Virus record (IMG/VR): IMGVR_UViG_3300050494_000042
DNA from: a virus
Strand: one strand, 5' to 3'
DNA: 64,000 nt
Positions within the stretch are counted from its first letter, which is position 1. Every line of letters begins with the position of its first letter. The notes beneath the pieces are model-generated. The model ran no database searches and was not told where the DNA came from. It saw only the letters and a list, made by a program, of their open reading frames with translations. The translations under genes were made by a program, and so were the position numbers. Positions 18,063 to 28,488 of the stretch are shown one piece after another.

Positions 18063-18292
18063 GATTTCTTCTCCCGCTCCGCTATGCAGAGCCGTTGGAG
18101 TTGTCTGCCCAGAACCGTGGTGAGAATGAACTGATACTCCACGACCGTCAGATTGTGTTCCTGAATCCACGGGTTCAGGAACTTCAACAGTTTCTCAGCA
18201 GCGGACTCGATGGCCCGGTCACGAGGATGGACTGGCTCCACAATCCCCGCCAGATCGACCTGTGGTGCTTGTTTGGTCTGATCGTCTGTCAC
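18059..18292 (-). CDS. Hypothetical protein
   Basis: 77-aa coupled ORF. Confidence 0.5.
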   Translation of the reverse strand: MTDDQTKQAPQVDLAGIVEPVHPRDRAIESAAEKLLKFLNPWIQEHNLTVVEYQFILTTVLGRQLQRLCIAEREKKS

Positions 18293-18756
18293 ATGCCACC
18301 ATCTTTCACGGTAACAGGACGAAGATTGACAGTGGCTTTAATTTTCCCACCACTACTGTTCTGTCGAGCGGTGGCCACCTGCCAGTAGCTGCCTGGACTT
18401 GAAGGTAGAGTCAGATACCCATTACTGGAACAAATCAGAATATCCCCATCCCGAATTATTCCAACAAATTCCGGGTCGATTGCCACCTCACAGTCACTGC
18501 CCAGACCGTAGCAAAGTATCTCTCCATTGATGACGGGACCGGAAATTCCACAACAACGACTGTTCGGATTGCCCAACAAACAGTGTCCGTAACGATGATG
18601 ATCCAACATAACCGCACGTCCCACTGGAATCAGTGGATTAGCAGGGAACCAAGCGTCGTTGGGATTGATAGTCACTATGCCATCCGCCCTTTGAGGGATT
18701 CCACATCGATAAACCGGATGCGTTCGGTTTAGTAGTTCATGGATGTCACCCACCAC
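18289..18756 (-). CDS. Hypothetical protein
   Basis: 155-aa ORF. Confidence 0.45.
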   Translation of the reverse strand: MVGDIHELLNRTHPVYRCGIPQRADGIVTINPNDAWFPANPLIPVGRAVMLDHHRYGHCLLGNPNSRCCGISGPVINGEILCYGLGSDCEVAIDPEFVGIIRDGDILICSSNGYLTLPSSPGSYWQVATARQNSSGGKIKATVNLRPVTVKDGGM

Positions 18757-19229
18757 TCAGAGCCAATATGAAATACCGTGTGGTGCCCCAAATCAATCAA
18801 CCCCAAAACGGAAGGACGATACTCTTTGGGGGGTGGAACGTACTCTAATGCAAAGAAACTCACATTGCCTGTATCGGAGGTGATGAGCCACTTTAAGCAT
18901 TCCGGAGCGGTATCGTATGGCCACACCCGCTGCACAGTATCGACAGATCCCGGAGGAACGCCACACACTGCCAGGATGTAAGTGAGGGGTATCAGTTCCA
19001 AGAAACCTTTGTTGTCGTCATTCTTGCCAACTGCCCATGGTTCCGTCTTTTCGTGCTCTCCGATCTCTTCCCGTCTCCACAATACAACGGATTCTGGATA
19101 CTTCCTCATCCACTGAGCCAGTTCGGGCTTCTCCTTCTCGTCCAGGAAGTCCGCGAATACACCCTTCGCCACGTGATCGGTGGGGTACAGTGCGATCTGC
19201 TGAAGGAATTCCAGTTCGTCGTGTTCCAT
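18729..19229 (-). CDS. TIGR02996-like domain protein
   Basis: FLQQIALYPTDHVAKGVFADFLDEK. Confidence 0.65.
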   Translation of the reverse strand: MEHDELEFLQQIALYPTDHVAKGVFADFLDEKEKPELAQWMRKYPESVVLWRREEIGEHEKTEPWAVGKNDDNKGFLELIPLTYILAVCGVPPGSVDTVQRVWPYDTAPECLKWLITSDTGNVSFFALEYVPPPKEYRPSVLGLIDLGHHTVFHIGSEWWVTSMNY

Positions 19230-19233
19230 GTGG

Positions 19234-19776
19234 CTACTTGTCCTTCAGGTCCATTCCGGAATCGTCGTTGGCTTCGATCTCACGTTCCCGCGTGGCTTCC
19301 TCAATCCTCCGCATCGCCTCATCGAAGAACTCACGAACAATCGGGGAGACTGGAACCACTCGCCCTTGATCGTCCAAATGAACCATTTGTCCTGCCTGGA
19401 TATCCGATCCGGCGGTGTATTGCTGTGTACCCCACACACCCACTGTGGTCTGCGTTTTCGGTTGCTTGTCTGCCTTATCCAACTGAGCGGCAAGACGCAT
19501 CAGTGAGGCGTTCATGTCGAATACATCGAACCACAACCAATAAAGCAGGTTCATCTGAAGAACTTTCCACGCATCCCCATAAGAATCAGGAGAAAAAGCG
19601 TTCGTCAACGCGATATTCAGTGTCCCCGTCAGTCGGCACGCATCTTCATGACGATCCTGAATCTTCAGTTCGTCCAGCAGAGCACCGACGACCGAGAAGT
19701 CACGCTCGAAGATGAGCTTCTCAGCCATCAGACCGATATTCGTGGCAGCGGCACGGGGAATGTCAGGAAGTTTCAT
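19234..19776 (-). CDS. Hypothetical protein
   Basis: ATG 27 nt after the solitary repeat. Confidence 0.55.
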   Translation of the reverse strand: MKLPDIPRAAATNIGLMAEKLIFERDFSVVGALLDELKIQDRHEDACRLTGTLNIALTNAFSPDSYGDAWKVLQMNLLYWLWFDVFDMNASLMRLAAQLDKADKQPKTQTTVGVWGTQQYTAGSDIQAGQMVHLDDQGRVVPVSPIVREFFDEAMRRIEEATREREIEANDDSGMDLKDK

Positions 19777-19803
19777 TTTTAGACCTGTAGACGGTTTCTG
19801 TTG

Positions 19804-19839
19804 GTTGCAACTACAAACGCGTCGCACTGGGATTATTCC
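19804..19839 (-). repeat. Solitary repeat at a stop/start junction
   Basis: GGAATAATCCCAGTGCGACGCGTTTGTAGTTGCAAC; the upstream stop TAA overlaps its 5' end. Confidence 0.8.
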
Positions 19840-20033
19840 CACTCTGTCGGAAGTTCGCCTTCCACCAATTCGTATCCATTCGCGACCTGACGGCGTATGA
19901 AATCCAGAACGACCCCACGATCCGGATTAGAGTAAAAACACGTCACCGTCAGGGTGCGTTTCTCCCCATCCTGGTTGTGCCCAACGAGCTTCCACCTCTC
20001 GCAGATTCCGATCTTCACCAAGATCCACGTCAT
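19833..20033 (-). CDS. Hypothetical protein
   Basis: Follows the promoter-plus-repeat unit and ends in the next repeat. Confidence 0.5.
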   Translation of the reverse strand: MTWILVKIGICERWKLVGHNQDGEKRTLTVTCFYSNPDRGVVLDFIRRQVANGYELVEGELPTEWE

Positions 20034-20046
20034 CAGTATGAGCACA

Positions 20047-20106
20047 AAACACCCCGTTGCATTCGGATTACTGCGAAACTCTAGCACGCAATCCGTGGAA
20101 AGGCAA
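20047..20106 (-). promoter_or_regulatory. Promoter followed by a degenerate repeat hairpin
   Basis: TTGCCT-N17-TAGAGT, then GTAATCCGAATGCAACGGGG. Confidence 0.65.
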
Positions 20107-20118
20107 ATCGGGACGGGA

Positions 20119-21819
20119 TTATCTTCTGGCGTGAGTCCTTCCGTTCAAGTACGGATAGGGGGAATCGGTGAAGTCGTCACTATGTCCACCGACAACTGAA
20201 GGCAAATCGTGGCTGATTTCGTGGTAGCACACCAACATCGCATCGGCATCGTCGGGGCTTCTCCCCAAGCGTTCCTTGATTTTCTTCTTGATCTCCACCT
20301 GATACGCTTTGTTGGGCAGAATCTCGTAACTCGGTGTCAGGAGTTGGAGTTTCAATTTCTTCAGGACGTCCTGAGGCAGATCCGACAGGTCCATTTCGCT
20401 CTCCATCGCCTTCTTCTTGGCTTCAAACCAAATCTGTGCCCTTTTGTTGTCGTACACGTAAGCTCCAGTCGAGTCCATGATGAGGGAATTCTCCGCGACG
20501 TTCAATCCAATCCAGTCCCCAAAGCCATTGCAGTGAGACATCACCCCATATCCAGGTCCATCAAGCTCCACAATGACCCTCACTTGTGACGCCTGAAGAC
20601 GTGGACGGGTGGGAATTGCGGCCCATGAGTTGTACTTCTCAGCCCACAATTCGGACAAGTCCTTGAGACGTTGTGCCGTCTTCTCCGGACCCCACCCGTT
20701 GTGGGATTCATGGTGGAGGCTCTTCCTACCTGATCTAACGTGCATACTAGTATCATCATCTCCGAACAAAGCAACGTCACAGCCAATTGTGATTCCCCAC
20801 TTCTGCCACCAGCAGTGCTCGTGAGTGTACTTCGGTGTGATGGCTCGTAACCACGCCAGTTCGCTCCAAACGGTGTCCACGCCTTCCGTGGGGCGGATAC
20901 CCTGCACACGAGCTTTGAACATGGGTCCGGGTCTGTGAAACTTGCCGGATTGAGGTGGCCATTCGATGTCGGTGGGAAGTCGATCTTCTTCACTGACCGG
21001 ATCAGACCATTCCTTCACCCAGCCGTCGACCATCGCGAGCGTGACGGCGTTGGGAATAATCGGCTCTTGTCCTGCCAGTTGAGCCTTGATATTCGGGTGA
21101 TCGAGTGCTGAAATATTGTGAACTTTCCACTTGGGGTTGCCGTCCGGACCTTCTGCCAAGTCCTCAAGGTAGCTCTGGGAAGCTGTCGTGATGGGATTCC
21201 CAATCGCGAACCATCCGTGATCGCTGTCGGGCTGGTACATCGTGTTCGTCGTGATCCAATAAACCGAGTCGATCCCCTCGGACTCGTCAAATATGAACAA
21301 CATGCAAGAACGGTGCTTACCCTGAGACGCTTCTCCGCTGCCCTGTGTGCGTCCCTTGATCCAGTGATCGTCGTAATCGAACAAGTCGGCTGCTTTGGGT
21401 GCCAACTTGCCCACATAAGGAATCTTGGCTTTGTTGAGGAGCATCCGGACTTCTGACCAGAGAACCGTTTCGACGTGATCCTTCGTAGGAGCGGTAATGA
21501 CAACAACACCAGGATTTCGTGTGTAGTACCACCATACGGCCAACACCGCAGCCAAAAAACTCTTACCTAACGAGTGACCAGAATTGACTTTGATTCGTCC
21601 TGGGAACTTCCGAATGATTGTTTCTTGATCTTCCGTAAGAGTAACGTCGAGAACTTCCTTCGCGAACCTGACTGGGTCATGAACATACTTCACCATCTCG
21701 TCCTTTTGTGAGACGGATGGGTCGGGGCGGCAAGCGTGTTCCAGTTGCTTTGCAGTGTACTTGCTCTTCAGTCCTGCCGCCAGAGCCTTCAGCTTGTCCA
21801 GGTCGATGGGAAGGGCCAC
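20119..21819 (-). CDS. terL: Terminase large subunit
   Basis: Walker A GHSLGKS, Walker B FIFDESEG, nuclease IGCDVALFGDD and RSPDDADA. Confidence 0.9.
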   Translation of the reverse strand: MALPIDLDKLKALAAGLKSKYTAKQLEHACRPDPSVSQKDEMVKYVHDPVRFAKEVLDVTLTEDQETIIRKFPGRIKVNSGHSLGKSFLAAVLAVWWYYTRNPGVVVITAPTKDHVETVLWSEVRMLLNKAKIPYVGKLAPKAADLFDYDDHWIKGRTQGSGEASQGKHRSCMLFIFDESEGIDSVYWITTNTMYQPDSDHGWFAIGNPITTASQSYLEDLAEGPDGNPKWKVHNISALDHPNIKAQLAGQEPIIPNAVTLAMVDGWVKEWSDPVSEEDRLPTDIEWPPQSGKFHRPGPMFKARVQGIRPTEGVDTVWSELAWLRAITPKYTHEHCWWQKWGITIGCDVALFGDDDTSMHVRSGRKSLHHESHNGWGPEKTAQRLKDLSELWAEKYNSWAAIPTRPRLQASQVRVIVELDGPGYGVMSHCNGFGDWIGLNVAENSLIMDSTGAYVYDNKRAQIWFEAKKKAMESEMDLSDLPQDVLKKLKLQLLTPSYEILPNKAYQVEIKKKIKERLGRSPDDADAMLVCYHEISHDLPSVVGGHSDDFTDSPYPYLNGRTHARR

Positions 21820-21822
21820 GAA

Positions 21823-24800
21823 TCACCCCGTTTGGCCCTGCTGACGATTTGCCATGAACGATTGATGGAAAGCGGCTTCCATTCCCTTGTAAGTTGGCCA
21901 GGAGTATTGCATCCCTATGAATCTTGGAACGTGATCTGGAGCAGTGTAAAAATCACCGTCTCGGTGGGACTGGCGATATTGTGGTAAATGCTCTGGATCA
22001 ACACCACTTGGCAAAGATCCGGAATAGATTCGATGGGGGAATTGCTGTGCATCGGCATTCTTGAGAGACAAATACTGCTGCGGATCGTACATGCCATGAT
22101 TCTGTGAGTGCCAATCCCCCATCGCCTGTCGGAAGTCGGCTTCGTCGTGGTGTCCCTGTTCCCGCAAGAAGTCTGAATACACGTAATGCCCCATCGGATC
22201 GAGGGGATTGCCCCCTAGTTCAGGATAGATACTGGCCTGGAACGCTGCGTGAGGATCGGTCCACTGCTCCTGGGAGGAATCGTCGTCAGCGTACAGGGAT
22301 AGATGTTCCTCACCTGTGTCTTCACTCAACCGGGGGGCTGGTGCGGGGGCAACCGGTGGTGTCTGACTCAACTCATTGGCGTTCCGATGGGCTTCTTCCT
22401 GGCTGTGTCCCATCCATCGGGACGGCATCCGAAGGGAGATTCCCCCATCCTGCGGATGGAACTTCCACACGTCGTATCTGTGAGGATTAGGATTCTCAGG
22501 AAATCCTTCCCCTTCCGTTACAAAATAGTGCCCACCAATTCCACTATGGACGGGTCCGTGTGGGATGTGTTCCCCGGAACCCTCTACCCCAAACGAGGGG
22601 AAGAACCCGTAGTGCTTCGATGGGTGTCCCCCATAAGCTGCTGTCCACCCATACTCTTCCCCGTTCGCCTTCCGGATGTCATCAAAGGTCGGAATCGCTC
22701 CGGCATGGACTTCTCCGGTCTGTGGATGATGGGCTACCCACGCATCTCCAGGATGATTCCGCAGGAAGTGGAGTGTGTCCGGACTGACGGAATTGGGGTC
22801 TTTTTCTTCTAGCCAATCGGCGTACACTCCCCGTGCCACGGTATCGTTCGGATGCTCCTGAATAGCATGATGGAAGGCTTCGTGGGAGTAATCCGTTCGG
22901 GCGTACATCGAATACCGCTGGTCCCCGTCCTGCTCCATGACCGGGGACAGATTCGGATAGTTATTCAAGTGTGTTCGGGACTGTGATACCCAATCGGCGA
23001 TGTCGTCCCGTTCCTGCCACTCCTGCTGGGGTGGCGAGTAGTCGTAATTCACGGATTCCTGATACGCCTCCGGGTAGTATCGCTGTCCCTCGAACGGCTT
23101 ATCCTTGCCCCGGAAGTCACTGTGGTCCTCGTGGAGTGTGCCGCCCCCACTACTCCAGGCGGTATCGGAGTACTGGGCAGCTTGCGTTTGCTGGGATTGA
23201 CCAAGAAGCTCGGCCTGACGTTCGGGGTGAAGTCTGGCGAATCCCAACGCGGCGGCATCATCGGCGGCTCGACGGCTTTCGTGGTGCGTCCAGTATTCTC
23301 GGTCCTGTGCGTTTGCATAAGAAGGATTCGTGCTTTCCATCGCATCTAACCAGTCGCGTGGAAGGGCATTGGAGACGTTTGGGTAATGGGAATTCTCGTC
23401 ATGTCCCCAATCCCACGATTCTGGGTAAGGCTGGCCATCATACCCCTCTGCTTTGGGATTCCAATGAGTTGCGTAACGACGATGCATTCCCAACGCCCGG
23501 TATCCCGCCGCTCGTGGGTCATTCTGATCCTCCAGATAATCCGCTAAGATCATTCGCGTCTGGTGGTCGTGGGGGGTCTCGTCCAACATCCGGTGGAAAT
23601 CCTCCTCGGACGTCATGTAATCCATCCGACTGTACCGAGCAGCTTGTGTTGGTTCGTCCTGAGTGGGCTGGACTTCGTAGGAGCCATGAATCATTCCATC
23701 GCTGCCAACGTAAAGGTCATGCTCGCCGTGCTTCTCAGCAGCGTCCTGAAGATCGTACCCATGATCCCCGTAGACTTCTGGCTTCTCCCAAAACCCCGCA
23801 CCATGCCCGTTTCGTGACACCCAGAAGTCGTGTGCGTGATCACTACTCCCACTACTGGTATCCGCCAATTTCTCCTGATTTGTGGCTCTGAAGTGACGGA
23901 AGTCTGCCAGCATCGCAGCCATTGTTGCTGGGTGAATGTTGTGGTAAGTGTGATTTTCGTCTAATGGCTCCCCAGCGTCTGGGTCGGTGGAGGACCATAA
24001 CGCCGTGTCCATGTACTGCTGAAATCCTGGTTCCAAGTGATCAGGGCGAATCATATACCCCTGAATATTCGGACGGTACTGACGATGAAGTTGCTGAGAC
24101 AGAGCGTGAGCATCCTGAATACCACCATCCGGGTCGAGATAAGCATGTTTCCGTGTATCTCTCAGAATCGCTGCTTGTCGGGCATAGTCCTGATTCCCCG
24201 TGTCGGCGTGCAAGTCATCCAGATAATCAGCCGCTACCAGTCGGGGCGTCATGTCGAAGTGGGGTGATTGTTCGTGTTGCCATCCCCTCCAGGCTCGGGG
24301 ACTGATGGAGGAGAGCATCGCAGGGAGTTCTTGCTCGGAAACGTAATCGGTTCGACTGTACCGACTCATCATCTGGGGCTGGAAATCAGGCTGTGACGGT
24401 AAGTGCGGCTCCATGTAAGCGTGAATCGCCTGCCGCATCGGTTCGGGAAGATCTTGGGTCAGGTGGGCCAGGTGTTCCTTCGAGTCTACAGGAACGTGGT
24501 ATTGGAGATACCCCCCATTACCAAATCGGAGGGGATTACCATGAGGGGCGTGGGTGACTGTCAAAGCACCACTCCGTGCCCCAGTATCATAATATTTCTT
24601 GGAAATGTGAGGGGTAAGCCCAATCTGCTGATGGGGAGTCGGTCCGTGTGGACCGGGGGTTCCATCCTCCACCACGCTCGGAAGTTGGATGGAGTAGTCG
24701 TAAGGGAACCACAGCCCAGGATAAAAAGGTGGACGCATCTGCTCCGGATCACGGGAATGCCAGTACGCTTGCCGTGCCAGATGTGCCCCCGGCATTCCCT

Positions 24801-27723
24801 GTTCCTCAAGGAAATCCGCGAATGGTCCCAGTCCCGATGCATCGTTCTGGGACACGATTCCATGCATCATCGCGTCGTGAGTATCAGGATCGCCGGATTG
24901 AACGTAGTGCGTTCCCATGTGCTCGTCGTAGGACTCCGTGACGTCCGTATCCCCGAAGTCGTAATTCGTCCTTCCGTAACGCGAGAAGTTCACATCCTCA
25001 CTGACTTCCCGCTGTTCCAACCCAGAAGCCTGCTGGGGAACGGGTGGATGTGTCTGGGACAGTTGATGTGCTGTCTGGTGAGCCTGCTGTGCCGCTTTCT
25101 CAGGGAATTCTCCCACATTCCCATGAACACCTGCTTCGTGGGATATCCCCCCTGTGTCGGGATGGAACTGCCAGACGTCGTGAGCTTCCTCCCCGTCATG
25201 ACCCTCGAAATCGTCACGGGACGTGAAGTAGACGCCCCCAGGACCACTATGGGGTTCCCCGTGGGAGGTGTGACGCTCACCCTGATTGTTGACCCACCCG
25301 TAGTGCTCGTTGGGGAACATCTCGTTGAAGTGGGACGTCTCCCCGTTGGCTTTACGGATGTCGTCCCAGGTGTAGTGCGGACCTGCCTTTACTTCCCCCG
25401 TCTGCGGGTGTGTCGAAATCCAGGCGTTTCCTTGATGGGTTCTCAGGAAGTTCAGTGTGTCCGGGTGGACGGTATGAGGAGCGTAGTCCTCCAACCAATC
25501 AGCATAGATCTGCCTATTTACTGCGTCATGAGGAGCTTCCTGGGCACGTGCCTGAAACGCCTGGTGGGAGTAGTCAGTACGGGAATACGGGGTTTTGTTC
25601 CTCCAATAGTCCCTATCGGGGTGTTCCCCACCTGAAAACCCTCCTGCGGAATCCCCGGTATCGTCGTAATTCGACTGCTCATCTTCGTCCTCGTTGTACC
25701 ACCTGTCGTGGTTTGGGGAATCCTGTCCATCCCCACCCGCTCCAGAGCCACTGAATCCGTACATGGAGCCGTCTGCGTCGTCGTACCGGGCGTTCTGTTC
25801 GGGTGGTGTCTGGGACTCCAGGTATTCGGCTGAATTCAACAGACGAGCACGCAGGGTCGGGGACACCTTCGGATGATCTGCCCATTCTCGAAGGGATGGG
25901 GCATCCATGACAGCAGTGTGGGACGGAAAGGACAGACTTCCGCCCGTTCTTCGGTGAACCAGGGCACTTCCGGGAACGTCAGTGGACCGGATAGTCCATG
26001 TCTGGTCCCCATCACGAACAACTGTGCTTGGTTCCCCTGCCAATTGTGCCTTGTGGGAAATGCCCTGCTTGTTGTGAACAAGCGGAGAACCTGATTCGAC
26101 CAAGTTCCGGTAAAAGGGAGCGTGGGGTTCCCCGGCTTCATCCAGTGCATCTGCCAAGACCCCCCCGGCTGTGGTGTCCTGAACGTAGTTGTGGTTGTAC
26201 TCGTCAGCCCACTGTCTTTGACTGTTCTCAACCCCCTGACGAATGGTTTCCCCTAAATCGAGGGTGTACATCGTCCCTGTGTGGCCACCAGATTGCGTAG
26301 GAACGTCACTGTGGGGCGAAAGGGGGTCCGGATGGCCAAAGTGTGCGTAGAGGTGCGAAACTTCGTCTGGAGTCATTGCAGCACTGTAAGACGGCTCATC
26401 ATTCTCCGTAGGGGTCCAATTAACGGCATGAACGACAGGTCGGGCTTCTGCGTCTGATGCCCACTTCTGACTCGCGGGATACCAGCCACCCGTCAACTGC
26501 AACGTACCGCCATCCCCCGTTGGAACGACACGTCGAGATGTGCCGTCGTGTGGATGCCACCGATGATCAACCGGACCACCCGCAAGCTGTTCCGCATGGC
26601 GATGCAAATTCCCCAACCATCCATTGCCCACCCCATGATGACTCGGATTGTCTGCGGAACTCCGATACGACACATCCCTGTCCACAATCGTGGCTCGTGG
26701 ATCGTCGTGGTCGGCTAACTTACCCACCAAGACATGATCCACGTAGGCATTCGGGTCCATGCTCCCGGCTCCGGGTGCGGAGTTCAGAATTTCATGGATT
26801 TCATTGATAGGAGCCGCGTAGTCGGTTGGGTCTCCATCGGCATACCGTGAAAACTGTCGTCCTGCCTGAGCTTGCTTGGGGAACCCTGCCGGGGATACCC
26901 AGGGAGAACCGAACTGTTCCAGGCTTTGAGTTGATCCGGGGGCGATACTTCCGGGGATTGTGGGTGGGGGAAGTCTCATGTCGGTGAAGGACGGGTAGCC
27001 GAAGGAATCGTCGTCGTAACGGCTTAATTGCTGGGGTTCTTCATGATCCTCTGGCAAGTTTGGGTCGGCGTGGTAAACATGCTCGATGGTCTTCTGTCGA
27101 ACGTGCTCAGGAAGATCGGCTAGCATCTCGTTCAGATGGCGGTGGGACAGCACAGGGACACGGTAATCAATTCCGATTTCCTGTGGGGCAGAATAGGAGT
27201 TATGATAGATACGTAGATATGAGCCAGTTCGAGGTTCCTTCACAGGAACCTCCCTTTTTACAGCCTGAATACTCGCAAATCCCGGAACATCGTGTCGGTG
27301 AACAGGATCGATATAGACATTCGCTTCCCCATTACTGTCCCTTATGGAATCGACGTCCTCAGTATGATACAGCCTTTGGAACCCATTCGGACGATACTTG
27401 GCTCCTTCCGCCATCAACAAACCCCCTGGCTGTCCGTACTGCTGAAGATGGTCCGCCAACATCGCCAGGGGAGTACCTTCATGTTCATCCGCTGTCAGAA
27501 CTGCATTGTGTAGCTCATCGTGAACCTGCCGGAATTCATCATCGTAATTCGTCGGTTCATTGGAATACTGAGCGTAACAGTCGTAGCTTTGGAACTCCGG
27601 ATTCGGATACACGTTGCAACTACTAACCCGTTGCACTGGGATAGGCATAAACTCCTGCAACCCCTTCAGGAAAATGTGAAGGGCGTCCTGAACCTGCTGG
27701 AGGGCTTCGTATTCCGGATTCAC
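21823..27723 (-). CDS. Giant (1966 aa) modular protein with about 8-9 TIGR02996-like modules
   Basis: Repeated YADWLE/LADYLE motifs, an internal duplicated module, a DFWVSRNGHGAGFW domain and xRY linkers; lies between terS and terL. Confidence 0.75.
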   Translation of the reverse strand: MNPEYEALQQVQDALHIFLKGLQEFMPIPVQRVSSCNVYPNPEFQSYDCYAQYSNEPTNYDDEFRQVHDELHNAVLTADEHEGTPLAMLADHLQQYGQPGGLLMAEGAKYRPNGFQRLYHTEDVDSIRDSNGEANVYIDPVHRHDVPGFASIQAVKREVPVKEPRTGSYLRIYHNSYSAPQEIGIDYRVPVLSHRHLNEMLADLPEHVRQKTIEHVYHADPNLPEDHEEPQQLSRYDDDSFGYPSFTDMRLPPPTIPGSIAPGSTQSLEQFGSPWVSPAGFPKQAQAGRQFSRYADGDPTDYAAPINEIHEILNSAPGAGSMDPNAYVDHVLVGKLADHDDPRATIVDRDVSYRSSADNPSHHGVGNGWLGNLHRHAEQLAGGPVDHRWHPHDGTSRRVVPTGDGGTLQLTGGWYPASQKWASDAEARPVVHAVNWTPTENDEPSYSAAMTPDEVSHLYAHFGHPDPLSPHSDVPTQSGGHTGTMYTLDLGETIRQGVENSQRQWADEYNHNYVQDTTAGGVLADALDEAGEPHAPFYRNLVESGSPLVHNKQGISHKAQLAGEPSTVVRDGDQTWTIRSTDVPGSALVHRRTGGSLSFPSHTAVMDAPSLREWADHPKVSPTLRARLLNSAEYLESQTPPEQNARYDDADGSMYGFSGSGAGGDGQDSPNHDRWYNEDEDEQSNYDDTGDSAGGFSGGEHPDRDYWRNKTPYSRTDYSHQAFQARAQEAPHDAVNRQIYADWLEDYAPHTVHPDTLNFLRTHQGNAWISTHPQTGEVKAGPHYTWDDIRKANGETSHFNEMFPNEHYGWVNNQGERHTSHGEPHSGPGGVYFTSRDDFEGHDGEEAHDVWQFHPDTGGISHEAGVHGNVGEFPEKAAQQAHQTAHQLSQTHPPVPQQASGLEQREVSEDVNFSRYGRTNYDFGDTDVTESYDEHMGTHYVQSGDPDTHDAMMHGIVSQNDASGLGPFADFLEEQGMPGAHLARQAYWHSRDPEQMRPPFYPGLWFPYDYSIQLPSVVEDGTPGPHGPTPHQQIGLTPHISKKYYDTGARSGALTVTHAPHGNPLRFGNGGYLQYHVPVDSKEHLAHLTQDLPEPMRQAIHAYMEPHLPSQPDFQPQMMSRYSRTDYVSEQELPAMLSSISPRAWRGWQHEQSPHFDMTPRLVAADYLDDLHADTGNQDYARQAAILRDTRKHAYLDPDGGIQDAHALSQQLHRQYRPNIQGYMIRPDHLEPGFQQYMDTALWSSTDPDAGEPLDENHTYHNIHPATMAAMLADFRHFRATNQEKLADTSSGSSDHAHDFWVSRNGHGAGFWEKPEVYGDHGYDLQDAAEKHGEHDLYVGSDGMIHGSYEVQPTQDEPTQAARYSRMDYMTSEEDFHRMLDETPHDHQTRMILADYLEDQNDPRAAGYRALGMHRRYATHWNPKAEGYDGQPYPESWDWGHDENSHYPNVSNALPRDWLDAMESTNPSYANAQDREYWTHHESRRAADDAAALGFARLHPERQAELLGQSQQTQAAQYSDTAWSSGGGTLHEDHSDFRGKDKPFEGQRYYPEAYQESVNYDYSPPQQEWQERDDIADWVSQSRTHLNNYPNLSPVMEQDGDQRYSMYARTDYSHEAFHHAIQEHPNDTVARGVYADWLEEKDPNSVSPDTLHFLRNHPGDAWVAHHPQTGEVHAGAIPTFDDIRKANGEEYGWTAAYGGHPSKHYGFFPSFGVEGSGEHIPHGPVHSGIGGHYFVTEGEGFPENPNPHRYDVWKFHPQDGGISLRMPSRWMGHSQEEAHRNANELSQTPPVAPAPAPRLSEDTGEEHLSLYADDDSSQEQWTDPHAAFQASIYPELGGNPLDPMGHYVYSDFLREQGHHDEADFRQAMGDWHSQNHGMYDPQQYLSLKNADAQQFPHRIYSGSLPSGVDPEHLPQYRQSHRDGDFYTAPDHVPRFIGMQYSWPTYKGMEAAFHQSFMANRQQGQTG
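27613..27648 (-). repeat. Near-consensus repeat within or at the start of the giant ORF
   Basis: ATGCCTATCCCAGTGCAACGGGTTAGTAGTTGCAAC: the 3' 30 nt are identical to the array repeat. It encodes MPIPVQRVSSCN in frame. Confidence 0.9.
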
Positions 27724-28466
27724 TTTGGGGTCTCCAGCTTCGGTTCCGGGGTGATTGGGGTGACTGCGATTGCGTCTGTCGGAGTCCGTGGTGCGGTAGG
27801 CTGTGGAGCCAGGAGTTGCCGTAGCACTTCCGCTGCTTCTTTGGGTAGCATGGCCAGCACAATCTCGATGGGTGGCATCTTGTCGTCCAAGCCCAAATGC
27901 TTCGCCAGGATGCCGAATGCGACGGCTTTGTTAATAAGCCGGAATTCCCGTGTTCGTTCTTCGGTAACACGTCTCCGCTTCCCTGTGCCCTGTGTGACGC
28001 ACCGATTGACGTCCTTGAAGCTCTGGAGCCATCGTCGGGTTTCGATGGGAATATCCCGTACCGGCAGGAGTCGATTGTTTGAGTCAAAACAATCCGCCAT
28101 ATCACTCATCAGGAGTTGATAAGCGGCCTTGATGACGTTATCCGCCTTCACTCTTGAACGTGAACGACGTTCTCTTATCTCCGCGTTGATTTCATTTCTG
28201 ACGTGGACTCGTGCGTACATCCGTGAACCCAAATTCCGGCTCGACATCCGGGTTACGTGGGGGAACACAGCCCGGTACGCCTGCCCGACACGAAAGCATC
28301 GAAGGTATTCAATAACGAACGACTCCTCCTCGGGAGTCAGTCGGGGTCGGGTGGGGTCGTCGGGGTTGGGTTCTGGTGGTGGCGGAACAATGGGATCGGG
28401 AGGATTCTTCTTGGAATAACTCCTCTTAGCAGTCTTGACGGGGGGCTTTTTCTTGTTCTTGGCCAT
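27720..28466 (-). CDS. terS: Terminase small subunit
   Basis: LTPEEESFVIEYL..QAYRAVF..SRMYARVHVRNEI, typical of the small-terminase HTH; upstream of terL. Confidence 0.7.
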   Translation of the reverse strand: MAKNKKKPPVKTAKRSYSKKNPPDPIVPPPPEPNPDDPTRPRLTPEEESFVIEYLRCFRVGQAYRAVFPHVTRMSSRNLGSRMYARVHVRNEINAEIRERRSRSRVKADNVIKAAYQLLMSDMADCFDSNNRLLPVRDIPIETRRWLQSFKDVNRCVTQGTGKRRRVTEERTREFRLINKAVAFGILAKHLGLDDKMPPIEIVLAMLPKEAAEVLRQLLAPQPTAPRTPTDAIAVTPITPEPKLETPK

Positions 28467-28488
28467 GATGACAAGTGTAGTCGAAGAA

